Shown: positions 9,213 through 19,305, counted from the first letter of the stretch. The stretch is 64,000 bases of DNA from Candidatus Nomurabacteria bacterium (GCA_037130925.1 JBAXSC010000001.1:253877-317876), one strand, 5' to 3'. Program-made: numbers and translations. The notes: a model not told the origin generated them from the sequence alone.

Positions 9213-9845
9213 TCACAAATATAAATTCTCTTTCATAAACCTAAATTCTCTTTCATAAACCTTATAAGTATTTAAATAATAACTGAAGCCTTTTAATTTC
9301 TCTTCTAAAAAAATAATAAGACCTATAGTATTAACTGTCCACCATTCTCCCAAAAAACCATTGTTTAATTCTATTTTTTTATCTGGAGATGGAGCATTCA
9401 TTGTTAAAATACCGCAAGAATAAGAACTGTTAGTAACAAATTCATTTAATAAAAAATTATAATATATTTCTTTTCTATTTTTTAGATAGTAAATTTCTAT
9501 ATTTTTTCTATCAAAAAAATTAAACGGATAAGGGAAAAAAATTGAAGTTTTATCTTCTGTCATTTTTCCATCTATGTCTCTTATTATTTCATAATTTTCT
9601 ACCAATTTGTAATCAATAGATCTGGTATCTACAAAATAAGATTTAGCTTTAATTATACAAAGTGGCTCTTTTGTATAATCATGCAGAAGAATCTTTTCTA
9701 TATTTTCCTCGCTTAATAAGCAGGTAGTTATAGAATAATTTCTTAAATTTCCTTTTATTAAAGAATTCCAAACATGAAATCCATAATCATTTGGCCTACC
9801 AATAGTCCCTTGAATAAAATTCAGAAATGATAACTCTAAATTCAT
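9213..9845 (-). CDS. hypothetical protein (210 aa)
   Basis: Long ORF with no competing frame and no motif I recognise. Its 3' end contains a 20-bp tandem duplication. Confidence 0.5.
   Translation of the reverse strand: MNLELSFLNFIQGTIGRPNDYGFHVWNSLIKGNLRNYSITTCLLSEENIEKILLHDYTKEPLCIIKAKSYFVDTRSIDYKLVENYEIIRDIDGKMTEDKTSIFFPYPFNFFDRKNIEIYYLKNRKEIYYNFLLNEFVTNSSYSCGILTMNAPSPDKKIELNNGFLGEWWTVNTIGLIIFLEEKLKGFSYYLNTYKVYEREFRFMKENLYL
9222..9261. repeat. perfect 2 x 20-bp tandem duplication (TAAATTCTCTTTCATAAACC)
   Basis: Copies at 9222-9241 and 9242-9261 are identical, and both lie inside the last codons of ORF 9213..9845. Confidence 0.9.
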
Positions 9846-9937
9846 AGTAAATTTGTTTTTGAGTGAAAGAATATGTTTAATTTTGAACTAAATTCATGGT
9901 ATCATAAGAAAATAAATTAATCAACAGAAAAAATAAT

Positions 9938-10666
9938 ATGAATTTAGACATTATTTTTCAAGAGTTTTTAACTTCAAATCATCACACTTTTCTTTTAGAG
10001 ACAAATAACAGAGAAAGAGATTTTAAATTTTTCCATTCAAAATTACAAGAAGAAAGCAAAACTGATGAGATTTTTTCTATTGATTTGAAAGTTTTTGATA
10101 TTGAAAAAGCTAGAGAAGTCGTAAATTATGGAAAAACTTCTTTTGAAACAAAACACTATATAGTTATATCTTTTTATTCTATAAACAGAGAAGCTCAAAA
10201 TGTTTTACTTAAATTTTTAGAAGAAACACCAAATAATGTAAAAATAATTTTTATAATTCATGCTGGAGCAAAAATTTTAAAGACTATCTATTCTAGAGTT
10301 TATAAATTAAATTCTGAAAATGAATTAAATACTGAAAATAATGAAGTAGAAAATTTAGCTAAAACATTTTTAGAAACTAAGAAACTTTCAAGAATGAAGA
10401 TAAAAGAAATAGTCGAACTACTTGCAAAAAAAGATGAGTACGCGGAAGAATTTGAAGACAAAGAAAGATCTGACAGGGAAGTCGTAGAAGTTTTTCTTTT
10501 AGCCTTACATAGCGAACTATTTAAAGAATACAAAAAAACAAAAGATCCTTCTTTACTATCAAACCTAGAAGAATTAACAGAATATTTAAAATATATTAAA
10601 AATAACTCAAGCAGTGGAAAAACAATCCTAGAATTCTTATCTTTAAGATTACCAGAAATAGATTAA
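9938..10666 (+). CDS. holB: DNA polymerase III clamp-loader delta-prime-like subunit
   Basis: LLKFLEETP and TIYSRVYKL (SRC-like) motifs; 242 aa. Confidence 0.55.
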   Translation: MNLDIIFQEFLTSNHHTFLLETNNRERDFKFFHSKLQEESKTDEIFSIDLKVFDIEKAREVVNYGKTSFETKHYIVISFYSINREAQNVLLKFLEETPNNVKIIFIIHAGAKILKTIYSRVYKLNSENELNTENNEVENLAKTFLETKKLSRMKIKEIVELLAKKDEYAEEFEDKERSDREVVEVFLLALHSELFKEYKKTKDPSLLSNLEELTEYLKYIKNNSSSGKTILEFLSLRLPEID

Positions 10667-10711
10667 TAAAATATAGCTTTTATGATATAATCTCCTTATA
10701 AATTCAAAATT

Positions 10712-11266
10712 ATGTCATACGATTTTAAAAAATTCAAAGAAGAAAAAGAAAAAATTACATCTTATTTATCTGCAGAATATCGCAGTATTCAAACTGGTGC
10801 AGCAACCCCACAAGTTTTAGATCTTATTAGTGTAGATGCTTACGGATCAAAAATGCACATATCTCATGTTGCCTCAGTAAATGTAGAAAGTCCTACAAAT
10901 TTACTTATTTCTCCTTATGATAAAACCTTGGCAAAGGATATTGAAAAAGCTATTAATGAAGCCGATCTTGGTCTTTCTGTTTCTACTGATTCAACCGGAT
11001 TACGCGTATTCTTTCCAAAGCCAACAACAGAATCTCGCCAGAGAATGATAAAAGTAATTAAAGAAAGACTTGAAGAAGCAAGGGTTAAAATCAGAGGACT
11101 AAGAGAAGAAAACAAAAAAGAAATAGAAAAGAATTGTAAAGAAGGAGAATTTGGAAAAGATGAAGAAACAAAGTATTTAGAAGAATTACAAACCTTAGTA
11201 ACATCTGCAAATAATGAACTTGAAAATATCTATTCTAAAAAAGAAAAAGATATATTAGGTGAATAA
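10712..11266 (+). CDS. frr: ribosome recycling factor
   Basis: 184 aa with an RRF-like pattern (LISVDAYGSKMHISHVASV; SRQRMIKVIKERLEEARVKIRGLREE). Confidence 0.9.
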   Translation: MSYDFKKFKEEKEKITSYLSAEYRSIQTGAATPQVLDLISVDAYGSKMHISHVASVNVESPTNLLISPYDKTLAKDIEKAINEADLGLSVSTDSTGLRVFFPKPTTESRQRMIKVIKERLEEARVKIRGLREENKKEIEKNCKEGEFGKDEETKYLEELQTLVTSANNELENIYSKKEKDILGE

Positions 11267-11275
11267 ATTTAATAT

Positions 11276-12448
11276 ATGACTTTTATAATTTTTATAATAA
11301 TACTTTTAGTTTTAGTTTTGATCCATGAAGCTGGACACTTTTTTGCTGCAAAAATATCAGGAGTAAAAGTTGATGAATTTGCATTTGGGTTTCCACCAAA
11401 AATTTACTCAGTTAAAAAAGGTGAAACTAACTATGTTTTTAATGCTCTACCACTTGGTGGATATGTAAAAATATTTGGAGAAAATGGAGAAGATAAGGAT
11501 AAAAAAGTTAAAAAAGACGAAAGAAGTTTCTTTAATAAAAAGCCTTTAACTAAAATTTTTATTTTATCTGCCGGAGTATTGATGAATTTAATTTTAGCTT
11601 ACATTTTAGTGACAGCTTCCTTTTATATTGGTACAACTTTCCAAATAGATAAAAATACACAAGAATACAAGAAATTTTCTGATGAAGGAAGAATAAGAAA
11701 TGAATTTGCTGTTATAAACTATATTGCAAATAATTCTCCAGCAAAAAGAGCAGGTCTAAAACCTGGTTTAAAAATAGAATATATATATATAAATGAAGAA
11801 AGTTCTAACGGGACAGTTTATTCAAAAAGAAGTTTAGATTTAAATAAAGAAGGAGATCAAATCTCTCAAGATATATTTGACAGTATTAATACTGGAAATG
11901 CAGATTCTATCACTATTGTTTATGATATTAAAAATGAAAAAACCTCTTCTACAACTTTAGCTGGGATATATGGAATTGACGGGGATTATAAAAATAAAAA
12001 AACTGGAATTTCTATCACAAAATTCGCCACAATAACATTGCCAATTTCAGACACCTTTATTTTAGGATTTCAAAATACCAATCAAATAATAAAAGAAACA
12101 GTTTTAGGATTTGGTATATTATTTAAAGATTTATTTAAACACGGTCAAGTATCAAAAGATGTATCAGGACCAGTCGGAATCTTTAATATGATTTCTCAAG
12201 CTAGTCAATTTGGAATAAGTTATATATTTTTATTTGCAGCAATACTTTCTGTATCTTTAGCAATATTTAATATATTACCTTTCCCGGCACTTGATGGAGG
12301 AAGAATACTATTTGTAATAATAGAATCAATAACAAAGAAAAAAATATCTGAAAAATGGCAAACAATATTAAACGGAATAGGTTTTGTTATATTAATTTTA
12401 TTAATGATAATAGTGTCTTTTAGAGATATAATGAGTTTATTTAAATAA
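11276..12448 (+). CDS. rseP: site-2 (M50) zinc metalloprotease RseP
   Basis: HEAGHF zinc site, a PDZ-like insert and LPFPALDGGR. Confidence 0.85.
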   Translation: MTFIIFIIILLVLVLIHEAGHFFAAKISGVKVDEFAFGFPPKIYSVKKGETNYVFNALPLGGYVKIFGENGEDKDKKVKKDERSFFNKKPLTKIFILSAGVLMNLILAYILVTASFYIGTTFQIDKNTQEYKKFSDEGRIRNEFAVINYIANNSPAKRAGLKPGLKIEYIYINEESSNGTVYSKRSLDLNKEGDQISQDIFDSINTGNADSITIVYDIKNEKTSSTTLAGIYGIDGDYKNKKTGISITKFATITLPISDTFILGFQNTNQIIKETVLGFGILFKDLFKHGQVSKDVSGPVGIFNMISQASQFGISYIFLFAAILSVSLAIFNILPFPALDGGRILFVIIESITKKKISEKWQTILNGIGFVILILLMIIVSFRDIMSLFK

Positions 12449-12523
12449 TAAAATATAATATAGTCAATATCTTTTCAAGATTCTTTATATGATATTATTA
12501 AATAAATTAATCTAAATAATTAT

Positions 12524-13639
12524 ATGAAAATAGTTTTCACTGGGGCAGGAGGAGGACATTTCTATCCTTTAATAGCAGTTGCTGAAAGGATATCAAAAGA
12601 AGTAGTAAGAGAAAAAATCATAGATGCAGAAATGTTTTTTCTTTCTGATAGAGCATACAACGATAATCTTCTCTTAAGTAAAAATATAAAATTTATAAAA
12701 ATTCCAGCAGGGAAAGTGCGACTTTATTTTTCTTTAGAAAATTTCTTTGATCCTATCAAAACTTTTTTTGGATTTTTTATTGCATTATTTCATTTATTTA
12801 GAATATATCCTGACATTATTTTTACAAAAGGTGGATATGCCAGTTTGCCAGTACTCTTTGCGGCGAAAGTACTATTTATTCCGGTCTTTATGCATGAAAG
12901 TGATTCCGTGCCAGGAAAAAGTAACCTGTTAGCAGCAAAATTCTCAAAAAGAATAGCTGTCAGTTATGCTTCTGCTATAAAATATTTTAATCCACAAAAG
13001 ACAGCATACACAGGACAGCCAATAATGGAAGAATATTTACCGACCCAAGAAAAATTAAATAATAAATACTTAAACAGAGAAGGTAAAAAGAAAACCATTT
13101 TTGTATTAGGAGGATCACAAGGAAGCGAAATAATAAATAATATCATTTTAGACTCTCTACCTGAACTATTAGAAAAATATAATATCATTCATCAAGTGGG
13201 GGAAAATAACTATAATAAAGTTAAAATAGCTAGCGAAGTATTATTAAAAAATAATCCGAATGCTGGGAATTATAGCTTCTTTGCTTTAGCCGATCTTGGT
13301 AAATATTATGAGATAGCAGATATTGCAATAACAAGAGCAGGATCTTCTCTTTTTGAATTTTCTGCATGGGGAATACCAACAATAATAGTTCCTTTCACTG
13401 TCAGTAATGGAAATCATGCAGTAGAAAATGCTTTTACTTTTGAAAGAGCCGGATGCTCTTTAGTAATAGAAGAAGTTAATTTAAAAAAGAATTTATTATT
13501 AAATAATATAAACTTTATATTAGATAATCAAGACAAATATAAAGAAATGGAATTAAATAACTTAAACAATTTCAAATCCGGTGCTGCAGAATTGATTGCA
13601 AATGAAATAATAAAAATTGGTTTGTCACATAATTATTAA
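12524..13639 (+). CDS. murG: UDP-GlcNAc:lipid I GlcNAc transferase MurG
   Basis: GAGGGHFYPLIAVA, GGSQGS and ITRAGSSLFEFSAWGIPTIIVP motifs. Confidence 0.85.
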   Translation: MKIVFTGAGGGHFYPLIAVAERISKEVVREKIIDAEMFFLSDRAYNDNLLLSKNIKFIKIPAGKVRLYFSLENFFDPIKTFFGFFIALFHLFRIYPDIIFTKGGYASLPVLFAAKVLFIPVFMHESDSVPGKSNLLAAKFSKRIAVSYASAIKYFNPQKTAYTGQPIMEEYLPTQEKLNNKYLNREGKKKTIFVLGGSQGSEIINNIILDSLPELLEKYNIIHQVGENNYNKVKIASEVLLKNNPNAGNYSFFALADLGKYYEIADIAITRAGSSLFEFSAWGIPTIIVPFTVSNGNHAVENAFTFERAGCSLVIEEVNLKKNLLLNNINFILDNQDKYKEMELNNLNNFKSGAAELIANEIIKIGLSHNY

Positions 13640-13702
13640 AAAGAAAAAAGATTGATAATAAATTTATTACCAATCTTTTAAATAAGATGAATTCGTTAGT
13701 GT

Positions 13703-13981
13703 TTATTGAAAAACAAATAAATCTATTTTTTCAACTTTACTAGATGTGTAAGGTTCTCCTATTTTATCTTTTTCAAGAACTTTGTTATAAGTTTCCTCAT
13801 CAACATTCAAATATAGAACTTCATTTATTGAAATTACCTTTTTCTCTTTTTTGTATTTTTCAATAAAAACATCAGCAGCGAGCTTGCTTTTGTGTAAAGA
13901 AAAAGTAAATTTTGAAAGTGTGTTATATTGTCCACAATTTTCATCTTCCCATTGCTGTACAAAGACTTTTTTCAATGTCAT
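13703..13981 (-). CDS. hypothetical small protein (92 aa)
   Basis: ORF with its own conserved promoter cassette (14021-14060) and a downstream hairpin at 13648-13677. Confidence 0.5.
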   Translation of the reverse strand: MTLKKVFVQQWEDENCGQYNTLSKFTFSLHKSKLAADVFIEKYKKEKKVISINEVLYLNVDEETYNKVLEKDKIGEPYTSSKVEKIDLFVFQ

Positions 13982-14020
13982 TTTATAAATTTTATATTGT
14001 TTGAAAATAATGTTTTAAAA

Positions 14021-14060
14021 AACTAATATAAATATAACATTATAAATATATTTGTCAAGT
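14021..14060 (-). promoter_or_regulatory. conserved 40-nt promoter cassette, copy A
   Basis: The reverse complement reads ACTTGACAAATATATTTATAATGTTATATTTATATTAGTT (TTGACA, 16 nt, TGtTATATT). Confidence 0.65.
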
Positions 14061-14083
14061 ATTAAAAATTAAATATTATTTTT

Positions 14084-14114
14084 AAAAAGAAAAAGCCGGT
14101 AAAGTTATACCGGC
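14084..14114 (-). terminator. intrinsic terminator of ORF 14141..14425
   Basis: GCCGGT (14095-14100) / ACCGGC (14109-14114) with a T-run on the minus strand. Confidence 0.7.
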
Positions 14115-14140
14115 TTAAGTAAAGATAAATTAATTCAAAT

Positions 14141-14425
14141 CTAATTATACCGAACAGGGTCAGAAATATCTATTAATATTTTAGCTTTTTGTTTTAAAGC
14201 TGAAACGTTAATATTTTTATTTTCTCTTTCAACTATTCCTAAAATAGTAGAGAGTTTTTCTATATACATATTTCTGAAATTTATTTGTGCAATATATTGT
14301 CCTTTATTTTGAATATATTTTATATTTGTATAAACTATATTCATTGCAGCAACAAATTCTATTTCCCATTCTAAAATAAATTGTTTTAATTTATCTTCAT
14401 TGTAAATTAATTCTCCAATATTCAT
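14141..14425 (-). CDS. hypothetical small protein (94 aa)
   Basis: ORF framed by promoter cassette copy B and a GC hairpin terminator. Confidence 0.5.
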   Translation of the reverse strand: MNIGELIYNEDKLKQFILEWEIEFVAAMNIVYTNIKYIQNKGQYIAQINFRNMYIEKLSTILGIVERENKNINVSALKQKAKILIDISDPVRYN

Positions 14426-14450
14426 ATATTAATTGATTTAATTTGTACGA

Positions 14451-14490
14451 AACTAATATAAATATAACATTATTAATATTATTGTCAAGT
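14451..14490 (-). promoter_or_regulatory. conserved 40-nt promoter cassette, copy B
   Basis: The reverse complement reads ACTTGACAATAATATTAATAATGTTATATTTATATTAGTT. Confidence 0.65.
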
Positions 14491-14556
14491 CTGAAAAAGG
14501 TATATTTTATGGTATTATTTTAGTATTAAAAATATAAGAGCTATTTATAAAAATTT

Positions 14557-15840
14557 ATGTTAGATATAAAATTTATTAAAGAAAATTCTGAGTTAATTAA
14601 AATGGCAGCAACAAAGAAACATATAAATTTCAATGTTGATGAACTAATTGAATCTGATAAGAAAAGAATTGAAATACTTCAAAAAGTTGAAGATCTTCGC
14701 GCAAAGCAAAATGCTGTATCTCTAGAAATCCCTCAAGCAGCACCAGAAGAAAGATCTAAAAAGATTGAAGAAATGGGTCTTGTAAAAAATGAATTAAAAG
14801 ATCTCGAAACAGAACTTGAAAAAGTTATGGAAAATTGGAGAACTTTAATGCTAAAAGTTCCTAATGTTCCCGACATGTCTGTACCAGAAGGAAATACAGA
14901 TGAAGACAATCAGGAAGTAAAAAAATGGGGTAATCCAAAAACAGAAAAAGAATTCGGATTTGCCCCAAAAGACCATATTGAAATAATGGAAGCTCAAGAT
15001 TGGGTTGATTTTGAAAGAGGAATAAAAACTTCTGGATTCAGAGGATATTTCTTAAAAGGAGATGCTGCTCTACTCGATGTTGCTCTATGGCAATATGGTA
15101 TGCAAAAATGGTCAAGTAAGGGCTTTACTCCAATGATTGTGCCCTCACTTGTAAAAAAAGAAACTTTATTAGGATCTGGATATCTCCCACAAGGTCAAGA
15201 TGATCTTTATAATGACATTGATGGTGACTATTTTGCCGGAACAGCAGAAGTTGCAACAATGTATTATCATGCTGGAGAAATTTTAGAGAAAAAAGATTTA
15301 CCTAAAAAATTTATTTCATTTTCTCCATGTTTTCGTAAAGAGGCCGGAGCGCACGGAAAAGATACAAAAGGACTTTATCGTGTACATGAATTTATGAAAT
15401 TAGAACAAGTTATACTTTGTGAAGCAAATCATGAAGAATCTGTAAAATATCATGAGGAACTTACGAGTTATGCAGAAGAAGTAGCTGAAGAATTAAATCT
15501 TCCTTATCACAGAGTTGTAAACTGTGGAGGAGATCTCGGTCTAGGACAAGTTAAAAAATACGATCTTGAAGCATGGATGCCTAGTAAAAATAAATATGGA
15601 GAAACTGGATCTTCATCTTATTTCCATGATTTTCAAACAAGAAGACTTAATATCAGATATCGTGACGAAGAAGGAAAATTAAAATTTGTTCACTCATTAA
15701 ATAATACAGCCATAGCAACACCTAGATTTCTTTTAATGATTATAGAAAATTATCAAAATGCAGACGGTACTGTAACTGTTCCTGAAGCGCTTATTCCATT
15801 CATGGGTGGTAAAAAAATAATTGGTAATCCTGTATTTTAA
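14557..15840 (+). CDS. serS: seryl-tRNA synthetase
   Basis: N-terminal coiled-coil arm plus class II motifs (FRKEAGAHGKDTKGLYRVHEF; SSSYFHDFQTRRL). Confidence 0.95.
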   Translation: MLDIKFIKENSELIKMAATKKHINFNVDELIESDKKRIEILQKVEDLRAKQNAVSLEIPQAAPEERSKKIEEMGLVKNELKDLETELEKVMENWRTLMLKVPNVPDMSVPEGNTDEDNQEVKKWGNPKTEKEFGFAPKDHIEIMEAQDWVDFERGIKTSGFRGYFLKGDAALLDVALWQYGMQKWSSKGFTPMIVPSLVKKETLLGSGYLPQGQDDLYNDIDGDYFAGTAEVATMYYHAGEILEKKDLPKKFISFSPCFRKEAGAHGKDTKGLYRVHEFMKLEQVILCEANHEESVKYHEELTSYAEEVAEELNLPYHRVVNCGGDLGLGQVKKYDLEAWMPSKNKYGETGSSSYFHDFQTRRLNIRYRDEEGKLKFVHSLNNTAIATPRFLLMIIENYQNADGTVTVPEALIPFMGGKKIIGNPVF

Positions 15841-15844
15841 TTAA

Positions 15845-16426
15845 ATGCAAGTTAGTACTAATAAAAAACCAAAGAAAAAACTAAAAAAAGGATTTAAAAT
15901 ATCCTTAATTACAATTCTTATTATTTTAGTTTTTATTTTTGGTTTTTTATTATTTAAAAAATTTAATAATAATACTGATAATATAAAGACAGAAAATAAT
16001 ACACAAGAAAATTCTACTAGTACTTCTACCAATCCAGTTGTGATAGATAATAATCCTGCTGCAAATGATGAATTTAGTAGACTTTTTAAATTAAGACTTC
16101 CAAGTCAACATTTAGAATATTCTAGTAGTAATGAAATATCTCAAAATGGAGATATGAAAATTTATCTAAAAGATACCAAAGATGCTACAGGATATATTTT
16201 TGTAAATACAAAAGATGAAGCAAATTATGTTTGGATAACTTTCGCATCAGCTATTGCTGGCGAGCCACTTAAAACTCTAATTACAAATGATTTAAAAAAT
16301 TTGAATTATATAGATATGCGCTTTGGAAATAAAATTTTTTATAAATTTAATGATGGAAATAATTCAACAACTTCTACAAGTACAATAGTAAATACTTCGT
16401 CTTCCACAATTAAAGCCTTAAGATAA
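15845..16426 (+). CDS. hypothetical membrane-anchored protein
   Basis: Lys-rich N-terminus followed by one TM segment (ISLITILIILVFIFGFLLF); Thr/Ser/Asn-rich. Confidence 0.5.
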   Translation: MQVSTNKKPKKKLKKGFKISLITILIILVFIFGFLLFKKFNNNTDNIKTENNTQENSTSTSTNPVVIDNNPAANDEFSRLFKLRLPSQHLEYSSSNEISQNGDMKIYLKDTKDATGYIFVNTKDEANYVWITFASAIAGEPLKTLITNDLKNLNYIDMRFGNKIFYKFNDGNNSTTSTSTIVNTSSSTIKALR

Positions 16427-16430
16427 AAAC

Positions 16431-17507
16431 ATGATTAAATCAGAAAAGAATTTTATAGATAAATTAAAAGATAAAATAAAAAAAGGAAAAACTATTTCCG
16501 TCTTAGCCCCTATGGCAGATGTGACTGATTATGTTTTTAGAGAAATGATAGCAAAATATTCTACGCCTCATGGTCCAGATATTTTTTGGACAGAATTCGT
16601 CTCTGCTGATGGACTCGCAAGTATCGGCGCAGAGCATCTTAAAATAGATCTAAAATTTAATAAAACAATAGAAAGACCAATACTTGCTCAGATATTTGGA
16701 TCTAAAAAAGAAAATTTAAAAACAGCTATTAATTTGACTTATAAATTAGGCTTTGATGGAGTTGATATTAATATGGGATGCCCAGACAAAAGCATTGAGA
16801 AGCAAAATTCTGGCTCTGGAATGATTAAAAACCCAGCTTTGGTAAGAGATATACTAAAAGATTTAAAAGATCATATAGATATATTAAAACAAAAAAGATT
16901 TTTCTCTTTATCTGTTAAAACAAGAATTGGATACAATAAAATAGAATATGAAAAATGGTTCCCAAATATACTTGATTATGAGCCAGATATTTTTACAATT
17001 CATTTAAGAACAAGAAAAGAAATGAGTCTCGTAGAGGCACATTGGGAACTTTCAGAAGAAATAGTTTCTTTTGTAAAAAAATACTGCAAAGATAATAATT
17101 TAAAAATCCCATTTATAATTTTAAATGGTGATGTAAAAAATGTTTTGGATTCTAAAGAAAAAATAAAATTGTCTGGAGCCGATGGAGTCATGATTGGTAG
17201 GGGAGTCTTTGGTACTCCTTGGCTCTTTAATGAAAAAGAATACATAAAAAGAAAAGAACTAGATCTTTATACAAAGAGTGGAAGAAAAAATATTTTATTT
17301 AGATTAGAAGTTTTAATGGAGCATACCAAGCTTTACGAAAAACAACTTGGAAAAGTAAAGAGTTTCAATATAATGAAAAAACATTACAAAGCTTATGTTA
17401 ATGGTTTTGATAATGCAAAAGAATTAAGAATAGATTTAATGAATAGAAAAGATTATAAAGAAGTAAAACAAATTTGTGAGAAATTTATAAAAGAAAAAAT
17501 ACTCTAA
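16431..17507 (+). CDS. dus: tRNA-dihydrouridine synthase
   Basis: APMADVTDYVFR and DGVDINMGCP motifs of the Dus family. Confidence 0.85.
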   Translation: MIKSEKNFIDKLKDKIKKGKTISVLAPMADVTDYVFREMIAKYSTPHGPDIFWTEFVSADGLASIGAEHLKIDLKFNKTIERPILAQIFGSKKENLKTAINLTYKLGFDGVDINMGCPDKSIEKQNSGSGMIKNPALVRDILKDLKDHIDILKQKRFFSLSVKTRIGYNKIEYEKWFPNILDYEPDIFTIHLRTRKEMSLVEAHWELSEEIVSFVKKYCKDNNLKIPFIILNGDVKNVLDSKEKIKLSGADGVMIGRGVFGTPWLFNEKEYIKRKELDLYTKSGRKNILFRLEVLMEHTKLYEKQLGKVKSFNIMKKHYKAYVNGFDNAKELRIDLMNRKDYKEVKQICEKFIKEKIL

Positions 17508-17555
17508 TTATTTATTAAATAAAATAAATAATTAGAGTATTTTAATTTTCCTTAA

Positions 17556-17885
17556 TTAATTTCTTATTGCTATAACTTTTGTTTGATATACATAATCTCC
17601 AACAATACCGGTATTTAACATACCCTTTATTGTATCTTCCAATTTATTACTTTTTATAAATTGTAAGTTTCCATTATCATTATCAATTAAAAACCAACTA
17701 TCTTTTCCATCAGCAGCATATCTATATGCTATGCTAGTGTCTTTAATTCCGAAAAGGTTAATGTCAGCGATATTAAGTGGACTGATAGTATCACCAGTTG
17801 AAACTCTTTCAAATTTCAACTTAGAAGATTGATTACACGCCATCAAGCATAAAGAAGCAATAATAACAAAGATTAAATTTTTCAT
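17556..17885 (-). CDS. small lipoprotein
   Basis: Signal peptide with lipobox (IIASLCLMAC). A consensus promoter lies on the minus strand at about 17915-17950. Confidence 0.55.
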   Translation of the reverse strand: MKNLIFVIIASLCLMACNQSSKLKFERVSTGDTISPLNIADINLFGIKDTSIAYRYAADGKDSWFLIDNDNGNLQFIKSNKLEDTIKGMLNTGIVGDYVYQTKVIAIRN

Positions 17886-17991
17886 TACTTATAATTTTAT
17901 TTTAAATTAAACTATATATAATATATATTATATATAAATACTTGTCAAGTCTTAAAAATAACTCTTTTTTATAATATAATCTTAAACATAT

Positions 17992-19065
17992 ATGAAAAAT
18001 ACAAAAGTTGAAATTGAGGAGCAACATTTAGCTTTATACAGAAAGTATCGTCCTGAGACATTTAAAGACGTATTAGGACAAGAATTAGCCATATCAACAT
18101 TAGAGAATTCTATTAAACAAAACAAAATTTATCACGCTTACATATTTTCTGGTGACAGAGGTACCGGAAAAACGACAATGGCTAGAATATTTGCTAGAGA
18201 AATAGGATCATCTAAAGATGATATTTTTGAGCTAGATGCTGCGAGTAATAACGGAGTAGATGAAATGAGACTTTTAATTGAAGCAACACAATCGTCAACT
18301 TTTGGCTCAAGATACAAAGTTTATATACTGGATGAGGCTCATATGCTCTCAAAATCAGCCTTCAATGCTCTTTTAAAGACTCTAGAAGAGCCACCAGCGC
18401 ATGTAATATTCATTTTAGCTACCACAGACAGACATAAGCTTCCCAACACTATAATATCAAGATGTCAAGAGATAAAATTCTTATCACCAGATATAAAGAT
18501 TTTAGAAAATTTAATAGAAACAGTTTCTAAAAAAGAAAATAAAGAAATAGAAAATGAAGCTGCGAAAATAATAGCCCGTGAAGGAAAAGGATCTTTCCGT
18601 GACACACTTGGAATTTTAGAAAAAGTTTTTAGTACAATCACTACAGATAAAATCACAAAAGAAAATGTAGAAAAAATATTTGGAATTTTAGATGAAGAAG
18701 AAGTTTATAAAATACTAGAATCTATCTGTGAAAAAGATTCTTCAAAGCTACTAAGTCATTTAGAAAATTTAAAATTAGAGACAAATCAAATGATCGACAA
18801 TGTCTACCTACAGATAGTCAAAATCATGGAGCTGACACTATTCTTGAGATTAGTAAAAGAAGATGAGGCAAAGAAATTTTTTGAAAATAAGATAGGCGAG
18901 AGCTTAATACAAAAATTAAAGTCTTTAGCAGAAAAATATCCGACATCTATATCATCATCAAATCTATACAAGTTACTACAAATAGAAAAAGATCTAAATA
19001 CAAACTCGACACAAATCAAGAAAACGATTTTGACGACAGGACTCATAATGATGATAGATAACTAA
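17992..19065 (+). CDS. dnaX: DNA polymerase III gamma/tau subunit
   Basis: GDRGTGKTT Walker A, LLKTLEEPP and TIISRCQ motifs. Confidence 0.9.
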   Translation: MKNTKVEIEEQHLALYRKYRPETFKDVLGQELAISTLENSIKQNKIYHAYIFSGDRGTGKTTMARIFAREIGSSKDDIFELDAASNNGVDEMRLLIEATQSSTFGSRYKVYILDEAHMLSKSAFNALLKTLEEPPAHVIFILATTDRHKLPNTIISRCQEIKFLSPDIKILENLIETVSKKENKEIENEAAKIIAREGKGSFRDTLGILEKVFSTITTDKITKENVEKIFGILDEEEVYKILESICEKDSSKLLSHLENLKLETNQMIDNVYLQIVKIMELTLFLRLVKEDEAKKFFENKIGESLIQKLKSLAEKYPTSISSSNLYKLLQIEKDLNTNSTQIKKTILTTGLIMMIDN

Positions 19066-19079
19066 ACACATAAAGAAAG

Positions 19080-19104
19080 CCGATCATATCAAGATCGGTT
19101 TTTT
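19080..19104 (+). terminator. dnaX terminator
   Basis: CCGATC (19080-19085) / GATCGG (19093-19098) followed by TTTTTT. Confidence 0.75.
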
Positions 19105-19227
19105 ATTTTGTTTAGATTTAATAAGTATTTAAATAAAGGATTTTAATGGTATATAGAGTCGTAAAAGATATATTGTGCGACACATACAATTAAAAAGAAT
19201 CAATCCCTCTATAGGACTCTAAATAAG

Positions 19228-19236
19228 TTATCCACA
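19228..19236 (+). promoter_or_regulatory. perfect DnaA-box 9-mer TTATCCACA
   Basis: Exact match to the consensus TTATCCACA; it is a single copy. Confidence 0.4.
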
Positions 19237-19267
19237 TCTGATCTTTTCATAGTATCAATACTCAGAC

Positions 19268-19305
19268 AAAACAAAACGCACCATATAAGGAGTGCGTTTT
19301 GTTTT
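19268..19305. terminator. bidirectional terminator
   Basis: AAAACAAAACGCAC / GTGCGTTTTGTTTT, a 14-bp stem with A/T runs on both sides. Confidence 0.75.

Larger units (their letters stand above)
19161..19305 (+). ncRNA. putative ~145-nt small RNA
   Basis: An extended -10 (TGgTATATA, 19147-19155) lies upstream and a 14-bp terminator hairpin (19268-19305) downstream. There is no ATG-initiated ORF inside. Confidence 0.3.

Noticed and set aside
19228-19236. Calling oriC at the perfect DnaA box.
   Set aside because: There is only a single box, dnaA is not nearby, and the flanking genes converge (terminus-like) rather than diverge.
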